Part shown: positions 26,101 through 39,700 of the stretch, piece by piece
Position numbering within the stretch: the stretch's first letter is position 1
Layout: each line of letters begins with the position of its first letter
From: Macrostomum lignano
Lineage: Eukaryota
Direction of reading: 5' to 3'
NCBI GenBank assembly: GCA_002269645.1
Contig: NIVC01000268.1
Location: forward strand, 400,071-464,070
DNA: 64,000 bases
The notes under the pieces: generated by a model
Told to the model about the DNA's origin: nothing
The model's input: only the letters and a program-made list of their open reading frames with translations
Databases searched by the model: none
Translations under genes and position numbers: made by a program

Positions 26101-28107
26101 TCGCTCCGAGCAGATTGCCCAACTGACTGCTGACGATGTGCAGCGCAGCGCCGCAGGTGAACGCGCTATTCAACGGATCGGACATGTAGATGGTGAGAAA
26201 GCCCAGCTGCAGAGCGCCCAGCAGAATCTGCAACAGCCCAGCAACCATGGTAATGGATAAGGCCACCATTGCGTTCGCGTCATCCCGGTTAATGCAGCCA
26301 GCTGGAAATGCGAGGGAAAATTCCAGTTATGTTGATTTGACAGGCAAATACGCTTGAATAGCCTCCTAAAATTTTTTTTTAAATTTTTCTACATTTAAAA
26401 AAACTACCGTCGTCTAAAGTTTTTCTATTGGTACAGCTCGACGATAAGTTGTTGAAGTTTCTTTAAAAAGGAATCATAATTAGATAGATTTCGCCACTGA
26501 TGCTTAAAAATGCAAAGAAACCAACCTGTCGCTCCTGTCGTGACATTCGGAGCCGTAGTAACCAAAGCCATTGTTGTAGATTCGGTAGCGATGGTAGTTG
26601 ATTCGTTGCCAGTATACAGACCAGCATTAGAGACTGAGGCAGTTTCGCAGAGTCCAACACCATTGGGGTACACCTGTTGGACACCGGCTCGAACTGCTTC
26701 GCCAACAATTAGCGATACGGCGCCTTGACTTGCTAAAAATTAATTAGTTAATTCGATTTCAAGATTAGCGGTTACATTGTGCATCGATGTTTACCTTTCA
26801 GGGATGCTAAACAAGCAATGCTGTTTTGTCTTTTTGGGTTGTTAATAAAATGACAAATCGACTGTCGATCATGACGGTTGGATTGTTGATGAGGTGACGG
26901 TTGGATTGTTGATGAGGTGACGGTTGGATTGTTGATGAGGTGACGGTTGGACTGTTGATGAGGTGACGGTTGGATTGTTGATGAGGTGACGGTTGGATTG
27001 TTGATGAGGTGACGGTTGGATTGTTGATGAGGTGACGGTTGGATTGTTGATGAGGTTACGGTTGGATTGTTGATGAGGTGACGGTTGGACTGTTGATGAG
27101 GTTACGGTTGGATTGTTGATGAGGTGACGGTTGGACTGTTGATGAGGTGACGGTTGGACTGTTGATGAGGTGACGGTTGGATTGTTGATGAGGTTACGGT
27201 TGGACTGTTGATGAGGTGACGGTTGGACTGTTGATGAGGTGACGGTTGGACTGTTGATGAGGTGACGGTTGGACTGTTGATGAGGTGACGGTTGGACTGT
27301 TGATGAGGTTGGATTGTTAATGAGATGGCGGTTGGATTGTTGATAATGTGACGCTGGGACTGTTTTTCCAATAGATTGAAATTCCAATTAGCTGGATGAC
27401 GGTTCTGTCCTCATTAAATCCTTTAACAAATTTAGAAATGGAAAAGACAAATTAACTTACACATGTTGAGATGATTCGACGTCCCGAAGATAAAGTAGAT
27501 CAGCATAGCAAAAAAGGCCGAATAGAATCCGTATTGCGGCTTCACGTTTGCCAACAATGAGAAAGCGATTGCTAAAATTCAACAAGGAAAAGCTTGACTT
27601 TTTAACGTCATTAAAATTAATTGAAGTGCTTTTTAAACTCACCCTGCGGAATGATGAACAGTCCAACGCTAACACCTGAAATAAGGTCAAACACAGCGTA
27701 CTCGCGAACTTTATAGTTGACAAACACGTTGATGCATGGAAACGCTTTGTTAAGAATTCCCATGGCTTTAGTTTTTATGTCCTTTTTCTCTTTAAATTGA
27801 TTGGCTTTGCGTTGCTGCATCAAATTGATCCGGTGCGCTTTGCGTTCGCTCGGTTCCAGACGAATCTGATACTCTTCTTCCAGCTGCACTTCGTTGTAGG
27901 TCGGCCTGGAAGCAATCGTCCCACCGCGTTTGCCGTCGTCTCCAGCACCGCCACCGGCTGATGCCGTGATGGCTGCGAGATCCGTCAGCCTCTCGTTCGA
28001 CATCTGCTTGCGAAGATCTCTGGGAATGTTGGCCGGGTTTCGGTTCGGCTGGCCGGCTCCGCCGCCGCCGCCACCGCCGCCACCACCCCAGGACGTCCCG
28101 AAGACAT
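20179..28107 (-). CDS. SLC26/SulP anion transporter with STAS domain (prestin/pendrin-like), paralogue A
   Basis: 14 exons: 27643-28107 (or -28003), 27461-27571, 26526-26732, 26063-26301, 25335-25493, 25157-25239, 24499-24769, 24333-24410, 24152-24247, 23905-24081, 23287-23535, 22217-22627, 21547-21611, 20179-20557. All are GT-AG and in phase. Motifs DLISGVSVG..IPQ, YGFYSAFF, IPIPIDI, NQEVLAYG, VNLKNM, FKFDGSLYFAS and IILDLSACAFIDAVG. The start is uncertain because of an apparent 1-nt frameshift near 28086-28089. Confidence 0.92.
20591..21362. repeat. 16-bp minisatellite (GCTAAAGCCCCTTGGT), last intron of SLC26-A
   Basis: Highly homogeneous tandem copies. Confidence 0.97.
21737..22012 (-). 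mobile_element. tRNA-derived SINE, family 1, copy 2 (more degenerate)
   Basis: Shares CAGATGTGCAACCGACAGCTCAG, CATCTGAAGGCTGCGTACGGCTGTTCAGTCCAAGGA and GAATCGAACC with 18700-18985. Confidence 0.8.
22725..22890 (+). mobile_element. Degenerate SINE fragment
   Basis: B-box GGTTCGATTCC at about 22761, and CCTGCGTACG shared with the SINE at 46828-47193. Confidence 0.4.
26870..27335. repeat. 23-bp minisatellite (GACGGTTGGATTGTTGATGAGGT), intron 2 of SLC26-A
   Basis: Tandem copies visible. Confidence 0.95.
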
Positions 28108-28205
28108 GTCAAATTTGTTAGAATTTTCCCAGTTTTCCAAAATTAATTCACTCGACGTTCGGATAACTGGGGAATGGTTATAAAAGGGGATGTGAAATTA
28201 AGAGT

Positions 28206-28761
28206 CAAAATGAAGCCCGAAATATACGGTCCCGATTTCTCTAAGCAAATCCCTTCATTTGGAGCCAAATTGCTCCCATTATGCCGAAAACGCGACCAAT
28301 GTAGCATTTGGGGATCTCTACGCTCTTATGGGGAGAAATGGTTGTGAGGGAGCTTATAGCACCTTTGACCATGATATAAATGTGCTATTTATGTCTCCAC
28401 GGAGACAGGGAAACACAATGAGAGCTTGGTTGGGGGCAATAACAAACAATATTGAGATAACATAATGGAGGGCACAACATATCATTACTATATCGCTTCT
28501 ATTCTTCATACTAACACATAAAAATAGCGTTTATCGTCATATAAGCATTTGAAGCTCCAAATGAAGGTATTGGCGTAGAGAAACCGGGACCCAATGCTTC
28601 ATGCTCCATTCTGGAGCCTTAGTTAAGTTCACGTGAAATCCTCATTTATTCGTTTTTCCCCATAGAGATCCCCAAATGCTAAACGGGTTGGTTTTTGGTG
28701 GTCGGAAGCAATTTGGCTCCAAGTAGGGAAATCGGGACCGTATATTTCGGGCTTCATTTTG
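28206..28761. mobile_element. Foldback/MITE-like element with nested inverted repeats
   Basis: Perfect 34-bp terminal IR (CAAAATGAAGCCCGAAATATACGGTCCCGATTTC, 28206-28239 / 28728-28761). Inner IRs TTGGAGCCAAATTGCT and TAGCATTTGGGGATCTCTA. Confidence 0.8.
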
Positions 28762-29317
28762 GCTATTCTGTTTCAAAAATAGGCCCTTAATTTATAATGC
28801 TAACAACCTACCATCTTATCCAGCAACAACTTACCCAAACAGTAGCAACAGCCAGATCTCGGAATCGTCCTTCGAAAGAATCAACTCTTCTACTAAGACG
28901 AGGCTAAAAAAATCAGCTATTTAGAGTCAGAAAAATGGAGAAGAGATCAGGGCTAATTAAGCACCGGAAGAGAATGCAGAACAATTTGCTGCTTTAAGAC
29001 CTGTGAAACTTGTTGGAATTAGCTGACTCTGCATTTGCCTGTGCCAAGCTCTGTAATAGCTAATGAATTACCGGAAAAGAAAACAGTAATCAAGCGCGTT
29101 TAGCACTCTCAGACTTTATGGTTAACCGTTGAATTTCCAATATCAATACCAATTTTCTGAATCACTGAGTTCGTCGGTTTCGACTGATTGCAATTGGCAA
29201 ATGTGTCTTTAGAATTGAGTCAGGACATTGTATAGAAAATGAGGTATGTTGAGAGGCATGCTGAACTTTGCAATAGAATGACTCAATTAATAAGTTTTAG
29301 CATCATAAGATTTCATC

Positions 29318-29845
29318 TGAGGGGGCACCATTTCATCTGAGGGGGCGCCAGTTCATCTGAGGGGCGCCAGTTTATTTGAGAGGGCGCCAGTTCATCTGAG
29401 GGGGCGCCAGTTCATCTGAGGGGGCGCCAGTTCATCTGAGGGGGCGCCAGTTCATCTGAGGGGGCGCCAGTTCATCTGAGGGGGCGCCAGTTCATCTGAG
29501 GGGGCGCCAGTTCATCTGAGGGGGCGCCAGTTCATCTGAGGGGGCGCCAGTTTATTTGAGAGGGCGCCAGTTCATCTGAGGGGGCGCCAGTTCATCTGAG
29601 GGGGCGCCAGTTTATTTGAGAGGGCGCCAGTTCATCTGAGGGGGCGCCAGTTCATCTGAGGGGGCGCCAGTTTATTTGAGAGGGCGCCAGTTCATCTGAA
29701 GGGGCGCCAGTTCATCTGAGGGAGCGCCAGTTCATCTGAGGGGGCGCCAGTTCATCTGAGGGGGCGCCAGTTCATCTGGGGGGGCGCCAGTTCATCTGAG
29801 GGAGCGCCAGTTCATCTGAGGGGGCGCCAGTTCATCTGAAGGACA
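29318..29845. repeat. 20-bp minisatellite (TTCATCTGAGGGGGCGCCAG)
   Basis: Tandem copies in the region between the SLC26 paralogues. Confidence 0.95.
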
Positions 29846-30487
29846 CTATTTTATTGGAGAGGGCGCGCCATTTAATTTGACGGGACGCCATTTCCAAGAG
29901 AGCGTATTGCATTGCGACCGAAAAAAACGAATTCACCAAGCTGTATGTTTGTTTTAATCGCAGTCAAATATTCTCAACACCGACAACTGTGACCGAGTTT
30001 TGTAGAAGGGGCTGCTGTTTCTGCAACTCAGTTGCTTATTCGTCGCCAAACTAATTTTGGCTTCCCGTCAAAAAGTACCGCTTGCAAAGGGGCAACGGCT
30101 TGCGGCTTCATTAGCAAATTCGACGTATTCTGCTCACTGCCTTGACTTTATTGCGTTCTTTCTTATAAGTCAACCCCTTCGTGCTTAAAACCGAGAGCAG
30201 CGAACAAGCTGATAAAACTTTGACGTTCGTCCGACGTTCGGTTTGGGTTTAAAGTAGAAAAACTTTACGTTATAAACTGCATTCAAGATAAAGACAGTGA
30301 AGCAGAACTCCCTGATCAGGACTTGGTCTGTGAGCCTCACTGACTGCTTAAGAATGCACTAAAAGCAGTCACGGTTCACCCTCATGGTCATAAGATCGAA
30401 CGCTATTTGAAGTTTCCAACAAAAGTATATCGCCTTTAAATTGCCTAAAAAAGAAGAACATCAAAGTTAATTAGCTGAAATACTTAC

Positions 30488-31050
<563 letters not shown>

Positions 31051-31544
31051 CTTCCCTTTAACGCCCATAGTGAGTCATGCGTGTGGCACGGAGGTTCAGT
31101 ATTTTTCAATAGCCTTCAAAGGGAGTAGCCGTTCAGATACGGTAGACGCCAAAGGCTGGATGTCGAGCAGGCATATTATGACTTTTACTTGCCAGTCACC
31201 AGTGGGCAATGCATTATCGTTTTCTGTCTTATCAGCTTAGGGCGCGAGTTTTACAGCGCAGAGATAGATAGCCCCCAGCAAGCTTGAGGTCACAAAAGCG
31301 CATAAATAGAATGAAGAAATGAGCGCAATGCCAGAAACGCTATCAATTCGTGCTGAGCACTTATTCGGAATTTTTTGTTATCGACTTTGAGCAAAGCCTG
31401 AACGTCGAGCATAACGGACCGAATTTGATTGCTGAGCAGTGGAAAACAGAAAGACGACGGCTTACACACTGTTTTGCTTAAACCAAGTCTTTCTTCTCTT
31501 GAAACGATCGAGGTAAGTCGAGTAATAATGTGAACGGTCCGTAA

Positions 31545-33672
31545 CGAATTCTAATGAACTCTCAATGGGATTCGAATGTAATCTATCGAATTCTAATGAA
31601 CTCTCAATGGGATTCGAATGTAATCTATCGAATTCTAATGAACTCTCAATGGGATTCGAATGTAATCTATCGAATTCTAATGAACTCTCAATGGGATTCG
31701 AATGTAATCTATCGAATTCTAATGAACTCTCAATGGGATTCGAATGTAATCTATCGAATTCTAATGAACTCTCAATGGGATTCGAATGTAATCTATCGAA
31801 TTCTAATGAACTCTCAATGGGATTCGAATGTAATCTATCGAATTCTAATGAACTCTCAATGGGATTCGAATGTAATCTATCGAATTCTAATGAACTCTCA
31901 ATGGGATTCGAATGTAATCTATCGAATTCTAATGAACTCTCAATGGGATTCGAATGTAATCTATCGAATTCTAATGAACTCTCAATGGGATTCGAATGTA
32001 ATCTATCGAATTCTAATGAACTCTCAAAGGGATTCGAATGTAATCTATCGAATTCTAATGAACTCTCAATGGGTTCGAATGTAATCTATCGAACTCTAAT
32101 GAACTCTCAATGGGTTCGAATGTAATCTATCGAATTCTAATGAACTCTCAATGGGATTCGAATGTAATCTATCGAATTCTAATGAACTCTCAATGGGATT
32201 CGAATGTAATCTATCAAACTCTAATGAACTCTCAATGGGATTCGAATGTAATCTATCGAATTCTAATGAACTCTCAATGGGATTCGAATGTAATCTATCG
32301 AATTCTAATGAACTCTCAATGGGATTCGAATGTAATCTATCGAATTCTAATGAACTCTCAATGGGATTCGAATGTAATCTATCGAATTCTAATGAACTCT
32401 CAATGGGATTCGAATGTAATCTATCGAATTCTAATGAACTCTCAATGGGATTCGAATGTAATCTATCGAATTCTAATGAACTCTCAATGGGATTCGAATG
32501 TAATCTATCGAATTATAATGAACTCTCAAAGGGATTCGAATGTAATCTATCGAATTCTAATGAACTCTCAATGGGTTCGAATGTAATCTATCGAACTCTA
32601 ATGAACTCTCAATGGGTTCGAATGTAATCTATCGAATTCTAATGAACTCTCAATGGGATTCGAATGTAATCTATCGAATTCTAATGAACTCTCAATGGGA
32701 TTCGAATGTAATCTATCGAATTCTAATGAACTCTCAATGGGATTCGAATGTAATCTATCAAACTCTAATGAACTCTCAATGGGATTCGAATGTAATCTAT
32801 CGAATTCTAATGAACTCTCAATGGGATTCGAATGTAATCTATCGAATTCTAATGAACTCTCAATGGGATTCGAATGTAATCTATCGAATTCTAATGAACT
32901 CTCAATGGGATTCGAATGTAATCTATCGAATTCTAATGAACTCTCAATGGGATTCGAATGTAATCTATCGAATTCTAATGAACTCTCAATGGGATTCGAA
33001 TGTAATCTATCGAATTCTAATGAACTCTCAATGGGATTCGAATGTAATCTATCGAATTCTAATGAACTCTCAATGGGATTCGAATGTAATCTATCGAATT
33101 CTAATGAACTCTCAATGGGTTCGAATGTAATCTATCGAACTCTAATGAACTCTCAATGGGTTCGAATGTAATCTATCGAATTCTAATGAACTCTCAATGG
33201 GATTCGAATGTAATCTATCGAATTCTAATGAACTCTCAATGGGATTCGAATGTAATCTATCAAACTCTAATGAACTCTCAATGGGATTCGAATGTAATCT
33301 ATCGAATTCTAATGAACTCTCAATGGGATTCGAATGTAATCTATCAAACTCTAATGAACTCTCAATGGGATTCGAATGTAATCTATCGAATTCTAATGAA
33401 CTCTCAATGGGATTCGAATGTAATCTATCGAATTCTAATGAACTCTCAATGGGATTCGAATGTAATCTATCGAATTCTAATGAACTCTCAATGGGATTCG
33501 AATGTAATCTATCGAATTCTAATGAACTCTCAATGGGATTCGAATGTAATCTATCGAATTCTAATGAACTCTCAATGGGATTCGAATGTAATCTATCGAA
33601 TTCTAATGAACTCTCAATGGGATTCGAATGTAATCTATCAAACTCTAATGAACTCTCAAAGGGATTTGAATG
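31545..33672. repeat. 42-bp satellite with higher-order structure
   Basis: Unit ATGAACTCTCAATGGGATTCGAATGTAATCTATCGAATTCTA. Paired 41-bp deletion variants occur at 32069/32110, 32571/32612 and 33115/33156. Confidence 0.97.
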
Positions 33673-33744
33673 TAGAGTTCGATCTCAGAATGACCAAAAA
33701 ATGATTCCATCATACTCATTAATACTCAAACAGAAGCGACAGCC

Positions 33745-36700
33745 ATGACGGACAAAGACTTCAGGAGGCCAAGCGTCGCCTCCCTCAGCGAGTTGCGCAA
33801 CCAACTGCCTGACGATCTTCGTCAGCAGCAGAACTCGCGACAGACCGCGTCGAGGCCAACCTACACGGAGGTGCAGCTGGAGGAGGTGCACCAAATCAAA
33901 CTGGATGACGACGAGAAAATCCGGCACAAGAAGCAGCTTATGGAAAATCGCAAGGCCGGCCCGAAAGAAGTCCGTAGCAAAGGCGCCGTGGCTTTGGGAA
34001 TACTTAGTAAAATATTTCCCGTAATAAAGGTTTTCGTCAACTACAAAGTCAAAGAGTACGCGGTGTACGATCTCCTGTCAGGAATTAGTGTGGGAATGTT
34101 TATCATTCCTCAAGGTGAGCGGGGTTACTACGGTTTCTAATAGCTAATGTATTCACAGATGCCACTATTTACTGTCGTCATTGACAACTGACGTAGAAGG
34201 ATGCTAACACGTTCAATTTCTTAGAAATCTGCACTAGAAAAATCTGATTTCTTAGCGTCCTTCTTTATCGGTCTTCAGTTAATACTAACACCACCATCAC
34301 CTATTTCAGCCATCGCTTTTTCCCTGCTGGCCCAGGTGAAGCCTCAATACGGTTTTTATTCCGCTTTCTTTGCCATGCTGATTTACTTTATTTTCGGCAC
34401 CTCAAATCATCTGAATATGTGTAAGTTTGACGCCTGCTATTTCAATTTTTATATGCTCTTGGAGATAGAAATCTGACAAGGAAGCTGCGTGTACTTCTCT
34501 GCTTTTCAAGTCTCCGTGTTTGTCACTCTTTTAACAGGTGACTTCTCTGTGTCTGACAGGTGACTTCTCTGTGTCTGACAGCTGACCCCTCTGTGTCTAA
34601 CATGTAACTCCTCTGTGTCTAACAGGTGACCCCTCTGTGTCTAACATGTAACTCCTCTGTGTCTAACAGGTGACTCCTCTGTGTCTAACAGGTGACTCCT
34701 CTGTGTCTAACAGCTGACCCCTCTGTGTCTAACAGGTGACTCCTCTGTATCTAACAGGTGACTCCTCTGTGTCTAACAGGTGACTCCTCTGTATCTAACA
34801 GGTGACTCCTCTGTGTCTATCAGGTGACTCCTCTGTATCTAACAGGTGACTCCTCTGTGTCTAACAGGTGACTCCTCTGTGTCTAACAGGTGACTTCTCT
34901 GTATCTGACAGGTGACTTCTCTGTGTCTAACAGGTGACTTCTCTGTGTCTAACAGGTGAATCCTCTGTATCTAACAGGTGACTTCTCTGTATCTGACAGG
35001 TGACTTCTCTGTGTCTAACAGGTGACTCCTCTGTGTCTATCAGGTGACTCCTCTGTATCTAACAGGTGACTCCTCTGTGTCTAACAGGTGACTCCTCTGT
35101 GTCTAACAGGTGACTTCTCTGTATCTGACAGGTGACTTCTCTGTGTCTAACAGGTGACTTCTCTGTGTCTAACAGGTGAATCCTCTGTATCTAACAGGTG
35201 ACTTCTCTGTATCTGACAGGTGACTTCTCTGTGTCTAACAGGTGACTCCTCTGTGTCTAACAGGTGACTTCTCTGTATCTGACAGGTGACTTCTCTGTGT
35301 CTGGCAGGTGACTCCTCTGTGTCTGGCAGGTGACTCCTCTGTGTCTAACAGGTGACTCCTCTGTATCTAACAGGTGGCTCATCTGTATCTAACAGGTGAC
35401 TTCTCTGTGTCTAACAGGTGACTCCTCTGTGTCTAACAGGTGACTCCTCTGTATCTAACAGGTGACTCATCTGTGTCTAACAGGTGACTTCTCTGTGTCT
35501 AACAGGTGACTTCTCTGTATCTGACAGGTGACTTCTCTGTGTCTAACAGGTGACTCCTCTGTGTCTAACAGGTGACTTCTCTGTGTCTAACAGGTGACTC
35601 ATCTGTGTCTAACAGGTGACTCCTCTGTATCTAACAGGTGACTTCTCTGTATCTGACAGGTGACTTCTCTGTGTCTAACAGGTGACTTCTCTGTGTCTAA
35701 CAGGTGACTCCTCTGTATCTAACAGGTGACTCCTCTGTGTCTAACAGGTGACTCCTCTGTGTCTAACAGGTGACTCCTCTGTATCTAACAGGTGACTTCT
35801 CTGTATCTGACAGGTGACTTCTCTGTGTCTAACAGGTGACTCCTCTGTGTCTAACAGGTGACTCCTCTGTATCTAACAGGTGGCTCATCTGTATCTAACA
35901 GGTGACTTCTCTGTGTCTAACAGGTGACTCCTCTGTGTCTAACAGGTGACTCCTCTGTATCTAACAGGTGACTCATCTGTGTCTAACAGGTGACTTCTCT
36001 GTGTCTAACAGGTGACTCCTCTGTGTCTAACAAGTGACTCCTATATCGGGTGACTCTCAATCTAATGAGTGATTGAAAAAAAACCAAAAACGTCAGCTCA
36101 CCGCCAACCAACCCCCAATTCAGCCAGTCAAGGTGCCGTTTCGCTCCTGGTCGGCGAAGCTGTGCTTGCTGGCGTGGAACAAGTGCACCCTAACGGGGCC
36201 GGGATCTGCGTCGAGCCTAACGACACCATCACCACTTTGGGGCCGAATCTGAACTTCACTGATCTAACGACTGAGATGACGACAACTTTGCTGACGACTA
36301 CAATGGATATGACTGGAATTAACAGCACCGCTAGTAAGGAAAATTCCTGTCTGGGTTGGGTCAGATAAGCCTCAGTTTGAAAGTAATAAAAATTGTTACT
36401 TACCCAATTTGAAACTGGTTCTTAAAGAAAAATTATTTTGTCGTCAATCCCAGACCCGGACATGTGCGTCCCCCGAGCTGACGCCAACACTCTGGTCTCA
36501 ATATCCATCACCATGGTGGCCGGAGCTGTCCAATTGCTGCTCGGATTGCTGCAGTTCGGCTTTCTCACCATCTACCTGTCCGATCCGTTGAACAGCGCGT
36601 TCACCTGCGGGGCCGCTCTGCACATCTTAAGCAGCCAATTGGCCAACATGCTCGGCACGACTCTCCCGCCAATCTCGGGTGTTGGAAAATTCTTCGTGGT

Positions 36701-39700
36701 GAGTCACGTTTGAGTTGGTTTTGGGTGCTAGGATATATCGAATAGAGCTGTGCAACTTGAGCAGTTTGCTCTTATATCGGTCAATCTACTTTGGCGAATT
36801 CTCTTAGCTGTCAATGTACCGCGTCCCTATTAGGTTTATGATAATCTAAGAAGACAACCAATTAGTTATTTGACCGGCCCTTTGCTTCGTTTCAGTACTT
36901 TGTAGAGGCGTTCAAACAGATTTCTGCCGGAAACGTAAACGTAGCATCCATCATAATATGTTTGGTATCTTTTGCTGTGCTGCTAGCTGTCAAGCTAATT
37001 AACGAAAAATGCTCTAAGTACGTCAAAATTCCTATTCCAGTCGACATTATTGTGGTGAGTTTTGCCAGCATTTTTTGCACATAAGGAATTCTTAACACGT
37101 CATAGATTTTCTATATGGTCAAGAAAATACTTTACGCTCGTAGGTTGCCAGAGATTAGATTAATTCTATGAATACCAAGGACATCTTAAGGAAGTCAAGG
37201 TTGTCTTTTGATGTCAAAAAATGTCTTAAAATGTTAAGGACGTCGTAGGATATCGTCTTAGGATGTTAGAGACATATTAGGCTGTCAAGAATTTCAAGGT
37301 CTTAGGATGTCAAGAGTGTATTAGGATGTCAAGGATGTCTTAGAATTACAAGTATGTCTTCGGATGTCAAGAGTGTATTAGGGTGTCAAGGATGTCTTAG
37401 GAGTTCAAGGATGTCTTAGGATGTCAAGAATGTTTTAGGAATTCAGGGATATCAAGGATGCTTTAGAATGTCAAGAATGTCCAGGATATCTTAGGATGTC
37501 AAGGATGTCAAGGATGTCTTAGGATATCAAGGATGTCTTGGGATCTCAAGGACAAGATGTTAAGGATATCTTAGAATGTCAAAGATGTTTTAGGACATTA
37601 TCAAGAGTGTATAAATCGACTTTAAAGACACATAATAATTTCGACCGGAAACGTTTCACTGTGGTAAAACATTTAAAAACATGATCCACTTGCTTCTCAA
37701 AACGCTAATTAAGCTTGTGACGAGTTTGCTGCTGTCACAGTTTCTGAACTGGGAAACCGAGCTAGATATTTCAACTGTCGGAGCCATTGAGAGAGGGTGA
37801 GCGATTTCTTCGAATGTTTTTATTTTAATGCTCAATCAAGGCGCATTTACAATAGCTTGAAGTTCCTACTCAAAACGAACCTTCAGATTCCGGGCACCTA
37901 CCGCTCCCCCCGTTGAGCACTTCACCAGCGGAACTGGGATCATAATTAACGGCTTGGTACTCGGTATTATATCGTACTCGCTCTCCGTCTCTGTCGCCAA
38001 AACTTTCGCCGTTCGATACGGCTACGAAGTGGACTCGAACCAGGAGATGATCGCCTACGGCGCTGTGAATTTTGGGATGAGCTGGTTCAGCACCTTCGTG
38101 TCCGCTTCGTCTATCGCTTGTACGTCGCTGCACGAGTCTATGCGAGGCAGAACTCTGGTGAGTGCAGTTTACGAATAACGAATAACGGTGTTGTTACGGT
38201 GTTGTTACGGATCTTGTAACCTCAAACTGCCGCGTGCAGCTGTCCTCGGTTGAAAGCCAATTAGCCCCGCCGATAATATTTTTCTAGTCCCTGACTAGAT
38301 GAGAGAAGTCCTTGGTGCCTTTACTGCAGAATTCAGAACCATTCAGAACCACCAATTCAGAAACACCAGAATAACACTTGAGTATAGTTTTTGAAAATAT
38401 AGGCCTGTCTACTGAATTTTATAGATAAAATATACAATAAAATATATGAAATGTACAGTATAATGTACAGTAGAGCCTTCTTACAAAGACAAAACGCTGC
38501 CTTCTAAGAAATTAAACGCTTACGTAGCCGTGTTGAAGTGGCAGCGATAGTCTATGGCCAGGCTTATGGCCAGCCATGGTTAGAACAAATCAAATAATCA
38601 AATTAAATAAATAAACGAATAAACGAATAATTCAATAATAAATCATAAGTGAAAGAGTAGCTCGTTTCAATTTGGTATCTTGTACTCAATTGTACTCAAT
38701 TGTACTCAATGATGAGGATCCGTGCAGAGAAATAGATGCCTGAGACCCTAACGGCACAGAGATTTTACAGACCTAGCAAGAAAAAAGTCAAAGCGCTCTA
38801 CACATGTGTGTTTATGTTTCAGCGAAATGCGTATAACTACACTCGAACTTGCTTCATCACGGGTTTAATAATAATCAAGTAATATTATATCGTATTTGTA
38901 ACAACGCTTTTAATGAATCATCTGCACTTTTTAACGATAAATACTTTAATCATATATATATATTAAAAAATATGCGCCCACTTCCAGCTCTACTCGCTCT
39001 ATGCAACGATAATCACCTTAGTTGGAATTCTGACTTTCGCTCCTGTGTTTGCCCCGGTTCCAAAGGTAAGCTATTGAGATGTAAGCTGCAATGTACTCAG
39101 CAAACAATTGATTTCTGTTTTCTTATTCTAGTGCGTCTTGTCAGCTATCATTTTGGTTAATCTGAAGAACATGATGATGCAAGTTGAACAGCTGCCAGGA
39201 CTCTGGAGAACTAATCGATACGATTTTGTGAGTTTTTTTTGTACTTTTTGTTCGAATTTTTAGAACAGGTAATGTTTAGTCCAATGTCGAGAATATCGCC
39301 TTAGCGTTTGAGGATATCAGATCGGTAGCAACACCATTGTATTCCGGTTCAGTTCTATGAGAGCCAACCCCGAAGGCGTAGACTCACAGGGGTCGGCAAA
39401 CTCCCGCACATGCGGCCCGTAAAGCCTCTATCCTTTGAGACTTAAGAACAGCTTGTGCCTCTTCTCAGCTCTCTTCTCCCCTCTTCTGTTTTCTCTTCGC
39501 TCCTCTCGTCTTCTCTCCTCGCCTCTCCTTTTTTCTCTCCTCTTTTCTCTACTCTACTCTCTTCTCTTTCCTCTTCTCTCCTCTCCTCTCGTCTTCTCTA
39601 TTCTCCTTCAATACCCCACCACTCCTTTCTCCTAAATCTCTTATCTCTTCTCTGTTTCCCCTCTTTCTCCTCTCCCTTTTCTGGCCCGCAGTCAAGCACT

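Noticed and set aside
31545-33672. CRISPR-like appearance of the regular tandem arrays (also 2957-5685 and 14262-15450)
   Set aside because: The units are head-to-tail with no unique spacers, there are no cas genes, and the context is eukaryotic introns.
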